Shown in pieces: positions 43,518 through 55,740 of a stretch of 64,000 bases of DNA. The translations under genes and the position numbers were made by a program. The stretch's first letter is position 1; every line of letters begins with the position of its first letter. The stretch is from Diplonema japonicum (Eukaryota; Protista; Euglenozoa: Diplonemea), in contig OZ025724.1 in assembly GCA_964019335.1 (NCBI GenBank), positions 397,001 through 461,000 on the forward strand, read 5' to 3'. The notes under the pieces were generated by a model. The model was given only the letters and a program-made list of their open reading frames with translations, did not search any database and had not been told where the DNA came from.

Positions 43518-46500
43518 GTTACAAATATTTATCTTTCAAAAAATGATTTTATAACAATATGCAACTTGTGCTGAGCAAAAAACTTTCACAGCTTTTTAAA
43601 AATCTTTTTTGCTCATACAAACAACAAAAAAGTAAAATGCTGCCAAAGACTGCCAAAGCGGGTGGAGAGAGGGTTGGATCACCCACCTCCCCGCCTCCAT
43701 GCCAGACACCAGGCCAGAGTGAGGCGACCCCTAAGAGAACCAGGGTCGACCGGCTCATCAAGCAGGCTGTTCAGAGGGCCATCTCTGAGCTGCTCCCCAT
43801 GGTTAGGGACTGGGTGGAGAGTTCGCACCTTGGGTTGGGACATCGGCTGGAACTCTCAGCCAACCAAGCTGATCGAGGGCCAAGCACCGAGGGTACGACT
43901 GGGGTCAACCTCCCCAGAATTCGCAACGGAAGGCACAGATGCCTAGCCTCACAGTCTTCTGCAGACTCGGGGTTTTCACAACGAGCCAAGCACCAACGAC
44001 TCACCACAGGACAACCCCAACACTCAGGCTCCCCCACTGCTATGGGGTCTGCAAGCCTTAGAGCCATCGAAGTGGGCATGGTTAGAGCCAGGCAAGCACC
44101 CCATGGTGGTAGCCAACATCGCCATGCAGTACAGGCAGCTGACCGTCAGGCCCCATGCTTGGGAGGCAGGCATGCGGGTCAAGGACCTGCAGGAGATCGT
44201 AATGGCCATTGGCTGTCAAGACCCGGTGGAGCTAAACTCAACACTTGTCCACCTCACCGAGCAAGCCATCGACTGCCTGCAGGCCCTAGAGAGGGGCAGC
44301 AGGGACAACTGGGAGGCCACCAACGCGATCCAGCAGGCGTTCGATGGGCAGTCGGTCCCTACTTTTTTGAGAAAGGGAGAACACCTGGCCAAAGAGCTCA
44401 CCCATCAACACAGGAAGCGAAAGCTCACAGACAGTGCTACAATGAGGGGAGGCAAAAGCCACAGGGAAGGCAGGGTGTCTGGGGAGAACGAGGGCAGATC
44501 CCGCAGAGGAGGCAGGTCTGGATCGAGGGATTGGCATAGGAAATGACAGCGTTGACAGCCTCTCCCCCTGCACCCCACATACCCCACACCCCTTATCCAA
44601 ACTCACATTTTCTTCCTCTCTCTCCCTCTCGACAAACAAACAATGTTCCCTCGCTAGGAAGGCCGAAAGTCACCAAACTCCCACTCACTGCAAAGCAGAA
44701 GGTCAGGGTCTTGTGGGAAGCCAGCCGGCACATGAGGAGCGCCCTCAGCAAGCAGTACTGGGCTAGCATCACATCAGTCTACAGACGTTTCCTGGAGTTC
44801 AGGAAGCACTGGGACATCCCCTCCACTCCTTGGGCCATCATCCTTTTCATCACCAAGTTGATGACACTGAACAACCTGAAGGTGCAGTCAGCACTACAGT
44901 ACTGTGTGAACATCAGGGCAGCCAAAGCCAGGTATGGACAGGGCCCTGTTCAGAGCAGAGTGCTCCAAGATTTCGAACACAGCCTCCGGTGCCAAGGGGC
45001 TTTGTGGCCACAGAAGTAGGTGATTCCTGCTACTCCTATACAGCTTTGGAGGGCAATGTGCAAGACATTGAGTGAGAAGGTTTGAACCATCCTCAAACTC
45101 GCCTGGTATGGGGTGGCCAGGTGCTTGGATGTCATCTGCCTGAAGTGTAAGGATGTGATGGTCATGCCAGGACACATTGCCATGAACTGGTCCAACACCA
45201 AGTTGGACCCTTTTCGACTGGGCATCACAACAGGGGTGGCCATCTTGGAGAGGGCCAGACTTTACATTGGACACATGCTGCTGGAGGCTGGGCCAGACGA
45301 CCTCCTGTTCAAAGGTGTGAAATACCCCCACATGAACAGAGCAATGGGCAAAGCTTTGAAAGGCCTCATGGCCCACTCCATTCGCAGGGGTGTGCTTCAC
45401 ATGCTAATGCACAGGGGGGCTGCACTGGAAGAATTGCAGGCTGTCTCCCATCACTCATCGATGATGGCATTGATGCACTACCTCCCCCAGACCAAGGTAC
45501 ACACAGTGAGGGTGACTGCAAAGACCTCTTCTTTGCTCAGGTGAAATTCCCTTTTTCTTTTTTCCACAGTTCCACCAAGGTCAGCCAGGGTGCTGACTAC
45601 AACCCTTTGGATGGTTTCGAGACTTTCCCATCAGCTGACCCCTTCATTGGATATGATGCAGAACCGCGTTTGTTTGGCGTCTTGCCTCCTGCCCAGTGGG
45701 GTTCAGATGGTGACATTGTGGTGATATTGAGAAGCAGGATCAGTGTCCCTGCCCTCAAAGTTGGACGAGCATGGGATCCTTGATGGTGTCATCAATGTCA
45801 TCTGCTGTGAACATGCTTTCCAGGGTGTGCTGAAGGAAGGGGCATTGACAGAGATGGAGGCTCTGAGGTACTTGAGGGCACATTGTGGGGCATGCTTCAC
45901 CACCTCCTAATGCTCAGAGATTATGGAGTCCTGAGGAAAGTGAAGATTGACCACCCGAAGGTCATCCTCCCCCTGTTCACCATGCCAAAGAAGTCGGGAG
46001 ATCTCCATCTGGTTCAGGATGGCAGGAAGCTGAACCTCTTGATGAAGCCACCCCCCCAGATGTTTTTGCCACCAATCTTGGAGGTGATTGAGTGCTTCCT
46101 ACACACAAGGTATGTTGTGACAGCAGATGCAAGGAGTTGGTTTTACCAGTTCCCACTGTCACCCATGGTAGTGAAGTTCTTTGGGGTGAGAGTTTCTGGC
46201 TGGAGGGGCCAGTTCAGCACCGTGGTGATGGACGTGATGGCAATGGGGTGGAGTTGGGCACCAGCTATCATGCAGAGGACTGCCATGGTGTTGCTGCTGG
46301 AGGAGCAGGGTGTGTGCTGGATTGACAACTTCTTCATCCTAGCACAGAGCTGCGAGGAAGCTCTTGGGAGGTTTGGTTGCTTTTTGCAGAGGTGTGAGAA
46401 GGTCAGGGTGGACCTGCACTTCAATGAGGCTGGTGCAGGTGTGCCAAACCAGGAGTTCAAGGCTTTGGGGCTTACTTTTGATCTTGTGTCCACACGGTAC

Positions 46501-46677
46501 AGGATGGCTCCAAAGTGGGTAGAGAAGGTTCTGCAGGCTGAAGAAATGACAAAGGTTGTCAGTGACAGCAGGTGTACCCCGAGGGAGTTTTCTTGGCTAT
46601 TTAGCAGGGTCTGGCACTGATACACAACCAGGCATCCTCTCTGTTTCCTTCCCCATGCCATCAGTTTCCAAAGCATA
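43518..46677 (+). mobile_element. Degenerate tyrosine-recombinase retrotransposon, VIPER/TATE-like (gag-YR-RT order)
   Basis: gag-like ORFs from 43637; YR R..HxxR..H..Y ('ARCLD','HSIRRG','HHSS','HYL') at 44543-45544; RT 'PKKSG..QDGRKLN','DARSWFYQ','MGWSWAP','WIDN'; stops and frameshifts; truncated before RNase H. Confidence 0.85.
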
Positions 46678-47049
46678 GCCTAATTTTGGGTGATAATAAG
46701 CAAAATGCTCCTTGAAGTAGGCTTCCCAGCTGTGGTTACCTAATCGAATTTTTTTTTCTTCAAGGAATCAACTTTCTTCTGAAAATTTAAGATTCATATC
46801 ATTCTAGCACCTTATAACTCACTTTTCAGGAAACACACAATTTCACACATTTGAATTTATTCTTTAGTTTTTTTCTGAACCTATTTAATTTTTAAACCTA
46901 ATAAAGAAAGTGTAAATCTCCTAATCAAAACTTTTTAGTACCAGTGTTGCCAAAATGGGTTGAAAATTAAAGTACCCAGCTGTGGTTGCTTAATCAAAAA
47001 AGAATTTAATAGTCCATTTAACCTATGTATTCAAACCTTTTACCTCTTA

Positions 47050-47080
<31 letters not shown>

Positions 47081-47114
47081 TCATCTTTGGTTCTTTGCCC
47101 AGCAATAGCAGTTG
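46678..47114 (+). repeat. About 440-bp dispersed direct repeat, copy 1
   Basis: Highly similar to 53525-53968; contains a CAGTGTTGCCA hAT-like terminus at 46942. Confidence 0.8.
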
Positions 47115-47185
47115 GTCTTTCTTCTTGGCTGCAATCAGTACTTTGCCAACAATAGCAGTGTGTCAGTGGTGGCACCTTCTTCACC

Positions 47186-49721
47186 CAGTGATGGGTGAAT
47201 CCGGTCCGGTCCAGTGTACCCATTTTACCGGACTGACTGGACTGACCGGATCAGCTGGACTGACCGGATCGGCCGGACTGACCGGACTCAAAAATTTTCT
47301 GCAATTTTTGACACACCTGCAAACACTTTTTTTCAAATATTTTTGGACAATGATTTTTTTTTTTTTTTTTTTTTTCTTCTTCTTCTTCATACCACAGACA
47401 TGCACAGCTCCATCAAGCCATTTGCACCTATCTACTCCGGTGCACTGCAGCTGCAGGTATGTACAAATGTCCAGAAATGTTGTATTTGGATGTAATACAA
47501 CCTGGCTGTGGTGATCGATGCGGAACACAGAAGAAGCTACAACCCGGCCGTAGTGAGAGATATATGAGTTAAAGGACCTGCACAAGACTACTTGATTACA
47601 GGGGGTACACCACAGCTGAGTTGTAGCTTCTTCTGCGTTCCGTGTCGTGTCCTTAATGTGTGTGGTGTTCAGCTCAACCCCAGCCGGGGTGTCCTGGGTA
47701 ACCAAGATTCTGCTTGTGCAGGATTGGGTTGTTCCATTCCCTTCTGCCAAACTGAAAGTCGGAACTTGGCAGAATGGCAGAACCGGAACTTGGTGGAACA
47801 GGGAATTCCTTACTTTTTTTTTTGTTTTAACAATATTATTGTTGAGACTAAAACTAGTTGATGGCAGTGTAATGAGCTATTTTATTAGGTAAAATTCCAC
47901 TCGTGCACACAAACAAATGGAGTGTCAAACTAGTTTCCCCCCCCCCCTTTTTTTTCCTCTTTGCATTATTAAGGTTGAAAGTGGTGACTATATTACCACA
48001 ACACTGACAGCACAATATTCTGTGTCGTGTCCTTAATGTGTGCAGTGTGCAGCTCAACACCAGCCATGGCCCTGGTAACTAAGATTCTGGGCCTGTGTGG
48101 TTTGCTGCCAGTTCATCACCCTGAGCATCTGCAATACGTTCCTCCACTCGGGCACAACCGGTGATGACCAACATGGAGGTCAACAGCGAACAACACATCT
48201 GATGTACTTCTTATATTTCCATATTTCTGTGATCCCCACCACCAAATAACATGAAAGAGGTAAAGGAGACCAGTGACAGGGGGTGCACCTTGGCCGCTTC
48301 TGCGTTCCGTGTCGTGTCCTTAATGCATGCGGTGTGTAGCTCAACCCCAGCTGGTGCCCTAAGTAGTTTACTCACCCTGAGCATCTGCAATTTGTTCTTC
48401 CACTCAGGGTGCTACAGGTGATGACCAGCCAAGTGGATGGAGGAAATGCCTGTTCATCGTGTTGGCACCACCTGCACAAGAACTGTTAACTTGATACAGG
48501 GGGGCACTGCAGCTGAGTTGTAGCTTCTTCTGTGTTCTGTGTTGTGTTCTTAATGTGTGCAGTGTGCAGCTTAACCCCAGCTGTAGCAACCCAGGGTAAC
48601 CAAGATTCTGCACTCATGCAGTTTGCTGCCAATTCATCACCCTGAGCATCTGCATTATGTTCTCCACTTGGGTGCTACTGGTGATGACCAACATGGAGGT
48701 CAACAGCAAACAACACATCTGATGTACTTCTTATATTTCCATGTTATCCCCACCACCTGAATGATATATATATGAGTTAAAAGAGGCCGGTGTTGGTGGT
48801 GCCCTGCACAAGAACTGTCTGCTTGATTACAGGGGTGCACCGCAACCGAGTTGTAGCTTCTTCTGCATTCTGTGTCATGTCTTTAATGTGTGTGGTGTAG
48901 TTTGCTGCCTGTTTGTCACCCTAAGCATCTGCATTATGTTCTTCCACTCGGGAGCTACCAGTGATGACCGATGAGGAGGTCAACAGTGAACAACACATCT
49001 GATGTTTTTTCATGCTATCCCCACCACCTTTGGAATAATATACAAGAGTTAAAGGAGGCCGGTGTTGGCAGTGCCCTGTCTACTTGATTACAGGGGGTGC
49101 ACCGCAGCCGGGTTGTAGCTTCTTCTGCGTTCTGCATCGTGTCCTTAATCACTGTGGCCGAGTTGTAGCTTCTTCTGTGCTCCGTGTTGTGTCCTTAATG
49201 TGTGTGGAGTTCAGCTCAACCCTAGCCAGGGCGCCCTGGGTAACCAAGATTCTGCACTCGTGTGGTTTGCTCGGTGATGACCAATGAGGAGGTCAACAGC
49301 AAACAACACATCTGATGTTTTTCTTATATTTTCATGTTATCCCCACCACCTGAAAAAGAAGATAAAGGTTTTTTTTTTTTTTTTTTTCTTCTTTGTTTCT
49401 CGTTGTTTTTGTTGTTGTTGTCGTCTCTCAGTACCTGTGTAACATCTTTTCTTGTAGACATCTGTTTATATGTTTGAACTCTGTAGCAAAAAAAAGGGGG
49501 GGATGTGGTGTTGTGGTTGTATCTTGTACGGTCCGGTTCAGTCCAGTCCAGTCCAGTCCAGTCCGGTCCGGTCTGGTCTGGTCCAGTCCAGTCCAGTCCG
49601 GTCCAGTCTGGTCAGTCTGGTCAGTCCGGTCAGTCTGGCATAATTGGGTTGAAATTCATGCCAGATCCGGTCTGGTCTGGTCCAGTCTGGTCTAGTCCTA
49701 ATTAGGATTCACCCATCACTG
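47186..49721. mobile_element. Non-autonomous hAT-like DNA transposon with internal satellite
   Basis: 17-bp TIR CAGTGATGGGTGAATCC at both ends; flanking direct repeat CTTCACC (47179-85, 49722-28); subterminal GTCCA/GTCCG/GTCTG pentamers; internal degenerate tandem units. Confidence 0.8.
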
Positions 49722-49872
49722 CTTCACCTCAATCCTGGGACCTTTCAACCCCAATATTGCCAGCCATACCCCCTTTCCACCCAAGGTAGGCTATCAGGTA
49801 GTCTTTTCTGACAGATTTTCTGGTTCTATTGGGGTGTCTTGTTGGGTTAGGTTATTTTTTAAAACAACCTGC

Positions 49873-49885
49873 CAATAAAGTACAG
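49873..49885 (-). other. Relic of the spliced-leader 3' end (CTGTACTTTATTG)
   Basis: 13-nt exact match ending at the SL 3' end seen at 54287-54299. Confidence 0.5.
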
Positions 49886-50346
49886 TAAAAACAGGGGGGG
49901 TAAATACAAAGAATGAGAAGGGTAAGTCACAAAGGAGAGAAAACCAACAGGTAGACCATTACTAGGCCTGATATAGGTACCCTTATGGAAAAAAATCAAT
50001 TTTTCTAAGGTAAAAAACCACTTTTCAGGTGTTTTTGACCACTTGTTCATGTAAAAAATAATTTTTTTTGGGCACCTTTTTTTTTGACCCCCAAACATCT
50101 CACTTTCACCCCACTTCACTAAAAGCCTCTATTAAGGCCTAGGATAGGTACTTTTGAGAAGAAAAAAAAATTTTTTTGGAAAAAAAAATCAATTTTTGGG
50201 TGTCTTTAACAACTTTTTTTGGGTGGAAAAAAATTTTTTTGGACACTATAAAAAAAAATTTTTTTTACCCCCCCACCCCCCCAGATTTGCCCCCCTGTAC
50301 CCCCCTGAAAATCTTGGGGGGGCAACCCATTCTCATAACAACACTG

Positions 50347-51302
50347 ATAATGAAAGACATAGCAACAAGATTGCACAAAGCAGGTGTGGACACTGGACTG
50401 ATTACATCACTGTTTGCAGACGACATGGCTATAGTGGCAAGTGGAATCAGTATGGAAGAAGCAGAGGCACAAGCACAAGAAGTGCTGGACATGGTGTGTG
50501 GGTGGTCAGAAAAGTGGGGCCTAAATCTATCAAAGATGAAGACATGCATAATAGCATCAGGGCCAAATAAAAAGACAGAATGCAGACCAGTCATGTACTA
50601 TAAGGATGTGGTGGGGTAGCAAACACTGGTAATGTACCAAGAAGAGCCAGTGTTCCTTGGGGTGAAATTCAATGAGAAGATGAACTTCAGGGCACACTTT
50701 GTATTCATAATCAAATACTTCCAACAACGCACAGCAGTCATGAAGGCACTTGCAGGCACCAAGTGGGGGTGCAAGGCATCAACCCTCCACACTGTCTACC
50801 TCACCTATGTCTTACCTGTGGTGAGATACACCCTTAGAGTGTATGGACCCACCCTGACAGCCAGAGACATTGCAACACTGGAAGCAGCACACAACACAGC
50901 AGCATGCATCATAACAGGCTGCCTTCCTACAACACCTATCCAAGACCTCCTGAAAATCACAAGGCTATGGCTGGTATAGGAGATGATAAAATACAAGACA
51001 TCATCCATGTATGAGAAGCTTGTAAGGATGGAGGGGACAAGTGGGCACACTGCAGCAATGGGGGTAGGGACAGCAAGAGGAACCTGGCTCTTTAAGGCAA
51101 GGAGCAGGGCAATCAATGAGAACAAATTGAATAAGTACAAAAGAGCACCTCTTCACAACTCATCACCCTTTCCCCCATGGGAGTGGAGTCTGCTGGTGCA
51201 ACTGGATGTTGGAATAGAAGGGCAAGGCATAAAGAAGAAAAAGAAGGATGAGCAGAGGACATATAGAGAAGAAGTACTCCAGAAGCTGCCCAAAGCTGAC
51301 AT
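50347..51302 (+). mobile_element. Ingi/I-like LINE reverse-transcriptase relic
   Basis: 'LFADD', 'WSEKWGLNLS..KT', 'FLGVKFN', 'WG..Y..YVLPV.RY', 'IITG..TTP'; stops; bounded by CAGTG-type termini. Confidence 0.8.
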
Positions 51303-52375
51303 CAGTGATGGGTGAATCCTAATTAGGACTAGACCAGACTGGACCAGACCAGTGTTAGTCCAGACCCTTAAGGGACTCAGGGGACTCCAAGGGACAGGAG
51401 TTACAACCTGGCTGCAGTGATTAAGGGCATGATGTAGAACACAGAAGAAGCTACATCCTGGCCATGGTGATTAAGGAAACAATGCAGAATGCAGAAGAAG
51501 CTACAACTCAGCTGCAGTATACCCCCATAATAAGTAGACAGTTCTTGTACAGGGTGCTGCCAACACCAGCCTCCTATAACTCATATATTTATCTCCTATA
51601 TATTATTTTCAGGTGTGGGGGGGGGGATACAAGAACATGAAAATATGTGCAACAAACAGGCAGTGTGATGCAGGGGTTGAGCTGTACATTGCATGCATTA
51701 GGGGCATAGTGCTGAAAGCAAGGAACCAATCTGTTTACACAGGTTGTATAAACATACACACCCTCCTCTTATACATATTATTTATTATTTCCCCTTTTCT
51801 ATTACAACATTTGATGTGGAAAGCAGAAACAACAGCTTGGCTTAGGTGTGTGAAAAAATGTGAGAAGACAAGAAAAAAAGAAGGGAAAAAAAAAAAGGTA
51901 AACACATCATGTATGTCAATCAAGGATTTTTCTCTTTTTTTTTTTTCCCCATTTTTTTTTTTTTTTTTTTTTCCAAAGGGAAAAAAAGAGAAAAAAAAAA
52001 AAAAAAAAGTTGCAAAACTATCAAAAATAATGACAGTGTTGGGGAGAGTCCCATGAGTCCTGTTGAGTCCCATCCTGTAGAGTCCCGTGAGTCCCATCCA
52101 GGCCTGTATTCCGTTTTAGGGGATGGGATGACTGACCAACACTGGACTGACTGGACTGGACTGGACTGGACCAGACCAGACTGGACCAGACCAGACTGGA
52201 CTGGACTAGACCAGACCAGACCAGACTGAACTGGACTGGACAAGATACAACCACAACACCACATCCCCCCTTTTTTTTTGCTGTGGAGTTCAAATGTATA
52301 AACAGATGTCTACAAGAAAAGATGTTATACAGGTACTGAGAGATGACAACAACAACAACAACAACAACAAGAAGA
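51303..52375 (-). mobile_element. Second, rearranged inverted copy of the hAT-like element
   Basis: Starts with CAGTGATGGGTGAATCCTAATTAGG (reverse complement of 49697-49721); 52140-52370 is the reverse complement of about 49390-49630. Confidence 0.7.
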
Positions 52376-52929
52376 AGAAAAGAAAAAGGAGTAACAGTAC
52401 TGGTTCCTGTTTGTCTTCATCTTCCTCCTCAAAGCCATGTGCCACTACTAAAATTGAAGAACTACTCAGTCAAAAACCCGAATGTGGCCCTACTTTAACC
52501 TGCACCCAGAAGAAAACTGGGCTTTCTCAGTCTGCAATGTTGCAGTTCATCAGTGGTAAAGGTAGGAGAAAGAAAAAAAAAAGAAAAAAAAAAAGGCATT
52601 GGCAGTACATTTAAAGCATTCTTTTGGGAAACTGGTGGTAAAAACACGATACCAACTGCAACTGACAAGGCAGTGGCTTGGGATGGTATGATTGTTGGTG
52701 TCATTCCTAGGGTTGCAGCTGCTTGTGTATGTTAGTAGGAGCCTGGAATCATTTTCCACTTCCCTCCCAAAACTGTGGATGAACGAGTGTACAACCTTGT
52801 AGAAGTTACCTCAACCAACCCCAATCACCTTTCTGAGACGGAAGCAAAGCTGAGGCTTGCACAGCTTAAGGTGAAGGAGCTGCAGGAAAAGCTGAAACAC
52901 TTTCAGAGTTCCACATCCAGAGACCTGCT

Positions 52930-53321
52930 CAGTGTTGTTACAGGAAAAAACCTGGGGGGGTGGGGGGGCTGGGGGGGCAGGGGGGTGGGGGGGCAAAAAA
53001 AAATTTTTTTTTCTAGGGACCCTCACTCCTATAGCACCCTCAAAACAGACTTTTTTGGAAATTTTTGGCCAAAAAAAAATTTTTTTTTTCCCAGGGGACC
53101 CCAAACTTGGGGTCACTTTAGCCATTTTTGACCCTAAAATTTTTTTTCTGGAAAAAGCCAGAAATCATGAAATTTATATTAAAAACACCTAATAAACCCA
53201 TTTCTGCAAACCAAAAAGTTCAGAAAGGTGTTTAGGTGGAATACACATCTCTAAACTATATTCTGAAGTAAGTAAAAATCCAAAAATTTCAGGGGGGTAA
53301 CTCATTCTCATAACAACACTG
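52930..53321. mobile_element. Possible MITE with CAGTGTTGTTA termini
   Basis: cagtgttgtta at 52930 and taacaacactg ending 53321; the same right end also ends at 50346; no TSD seen. Confidence 0.45.
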
Positions 53322-53524
53322 GGAGGGTAAAAAAAAATTTTTTTTTTGAACACCCAAGTTGGTCCTGAAAATGGAATTCTGAACAGCCAATGGAAAGTTT
53401 TGACCCCACTTGGACTGAAAAAAATCTTTCAAAAATCACTTTAGGAATTTTCCTTAGGGTCTAAATGGCCACCTGAAAATCACAAAATCAAGCTTCATTT
53501 TAGAATGGTATTTTTGGAATTTTG

Positions 53525-53968
53525 GCCTGATTTTGGGTGATGATAAGCAAAATGCTCCTTAAAGTAGGTTTCCCAGCTGTGGTTACCTAATCGAATTTTT
53601 TTTTTCTTCAAGAAATCAACTTTCTTCTGAAAATTTAAGATTTATGTCATTCTACCACCTTATAACTCACTTTTCAGGAAACACACAATTTCACACATTT
53701 GAATTTATTCTTTAGTTTTTTTCTGAACCTATTTAATTTTTAAACCTAATAAAGAAAGTGTAAATCTCCTAATCAAGATTTTTTAGTACCAGTGTTGCCA
53801 AAATGGGTTGAAAATTAAAGTACCTGGCTGTGGTTACTTAATCAAAAAAGAATTTAATAGCCAATTTAACCATGTATTCAAACCTTTTACCTCTTACTTG
53901 CTTTTTTTTTTTTTTTTTTTTTGGAATTTATTTCACTTATTTGGTTCTTTTCCTAGCAATAGTAGTTG
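53525..53968 (+). repeat. About 440-bp dispersed direct repeat, copy 2
   Basis: Highly similar to 46678-47114. Confidence 0.8.
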
Positions 53969-54260
53969 GAGGAGTCGTCCAAGAGGGAAGTGAAGGGACA
54001 GGGAGGTGGACCCCCAATCACGGTGGCCCACCAGCTGGATGCCCTTCTGGAGCAGATGAAGAAGGACCTGGACACCTGAATGCAGCAGCAGTGAAAGGTG
54101 GAACCGGTGGAGGGTGGAACACAAGGGAAAGCGGGAGCAGGACTCGAAGCAGCCTCACTGGGAGGAGAAGACACGGAGATGGCCGGAACAGGATCCAGCG
54201 AGAGGGCTGGGCAGGGAGGGGAGCTTGACCCGAAGGCCCAAGAAGATGGGAAGAGACAAG
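53969..54260 (+). repeat. CpG-decayed duplicate of 60610-60901
   Basis: 292-bp ungapped match with 13 substitutions counted by eye. Confidence 0.9.
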
Positions 54261-54299
54261 CACCAACGATTCTAAAGCTACAGTTTCTGTACTTTATTG
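54261..54299 (+). other. Full-length 39-nt spliced-leader (mini-exon) sequence, diplonemid type
   Basis: cACCAACGATTCTAAAGCTACAGTTTCTGTACTTTATTG matches the euglenozoan SL core ACAGTTTCTGTACT.TATTG; followed by GTCATT, not the GTATG donor of an SL RNA gene. Confidence 0.9.
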
Positions 54300-55345
54300 G
54301 TCATTCGTGTTCTGCTGGTGCCTGCCGCCTCTGCCTGGGTTTGCTGCTGCGTCCGTTGTCTGTCGTTGCCGTCGTCCGGGGGGGTTGTTTTGCCCGTTGG
54401 CCTGCCTGCCGCTTACCAAAAGGATCCCCTCCCCCAACACACACTTTAAAAAAAAATAAAAAAAATAAAAAATGGATCCAAGACAGAACGCAAGAGGAGG
54501 TGACTGTGCAAACCGCAGGGAGAAGGAACCCCAACAGGCCGCCAGGCTGCACACGACGCCAGGGCCGACCCAACCAGACTATCTGGTTGGGCAGTATGAA
54601 TCCCCACCCCCACCCCCTAGATCCCCTCACCCCCCTTTAGAAAAAAAAAATAAAATAAAAAAATCACTAGCAGAGACTGTGGTTTTGACCGCTGCTGCTA
54701 CAGCCACGGCCACCCCAGCCACCCTGAACGCCGCAGCTGACCCTGCCACCCTGATTGCTGCAACTGAGACCGCTACAGCCACCCCTGCTGCAGCCACGAC
54801 CGCCGCGACCACGACCCCTGCAGCCGACCCTGCTATTGTTGAAGAGGGAAGAAAAGAGGGAGAAAAAAAGGGGTGGGTACTGGTGTATGGTGAACACCCT
54901 CCCGGGTTGAGGACGGGCCCTGCCCCTGCCTTCCCGAAAGCCCTGCTTTCAGGAAAGTGGGAGGCCCTGTCTGGGAACTCAGGGAGGGAGACCCTCCAAT
55001 ACGGGTACCGGTGGGAGGGGGCGAACGCCAAGGTGTGCCCCACCACGGGGATCCCAGGGTGGGTGAGGGAGGTGGCCGCCACCACAGGACTCAAGGTGGT
55101 CCCCAACCAGGTACTTGTCAACAAGTACAAGTCTGGTTGTGGGATTGCCACCCACAAGGATGATGTGAGGCTGGGACCGATTGTCCTAGTCCTCTCATAC
55201 AGAGCCAAGACCACAATGGTCATGAGGAGGGGGACAGGGTGGCGAGATACCTGGTGCCCCCCTTCTCATGGGCACTGTTGGAAGGTGAAGCGAGACACCA
55301 GTGGACGCACCACATCCCGTCCGGGATGTCCATGACGTTTCGTAG

Positions 55346-55740
55346 GAAAACAGACCCTCTTCGGAGGAAAATAGAGAGAAAGGGGAAGAGGTGGCACTCC
55401 CGAGAGAGGGTGGTGCTCCTCCCCCCCATTTGTCCCCCCCTTTTTCATTTTTAGAGCCCTCTCCAGAGGAACCCTCCACGGAGGTAAAAAACAGATCCTC
55501 TTCGGAGGAAAACAGAGAGAGAGGGGAAGAGGTGGCACTCCCAAGAGAGGGTAGTGTTCCTCCCCCCCATTTGTCCCCCCCTTTTTCTTTTATAGAGCCC
55601 TCTCCAGAGGGACCCTCCACGGAGGTGAAAAACAGACCCTCTTCGGAGGAAAAAAAGGCAGAGGGAGAGACAGCACGCCTGAGAGAAGGTAGTGCCCCTC
55701 CCTCTCTGCCCCCCATTTTTTCTGGACCCTCTACGGAGGT
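55346..55740 (+). repeat. 141-bp tandem repeats (about 3 units) within the retrotransposon ORF
   Basis: Repeated 'NRPSSEE..EEVALPREG..PPHLSPPFSF.EPSPE.PSTEV'. Confidence 0.8.

Noticed and set aside
47600-49350. CRISPR-like repeat array
   Set aside because: Repeats are long and degenerate and the intervening sequences are related to each other; eukaryotic TE interior with no cas genes
52380-52930. Transposase remnant
   Set aside because: Coding-like but no recognisable motif
54261-54400. Functional SL RNA gene
   Set aside because: No GTATG donor after the exon, no downstream T-tract terminator or tandem array, and the upstream sequence is TE-derived
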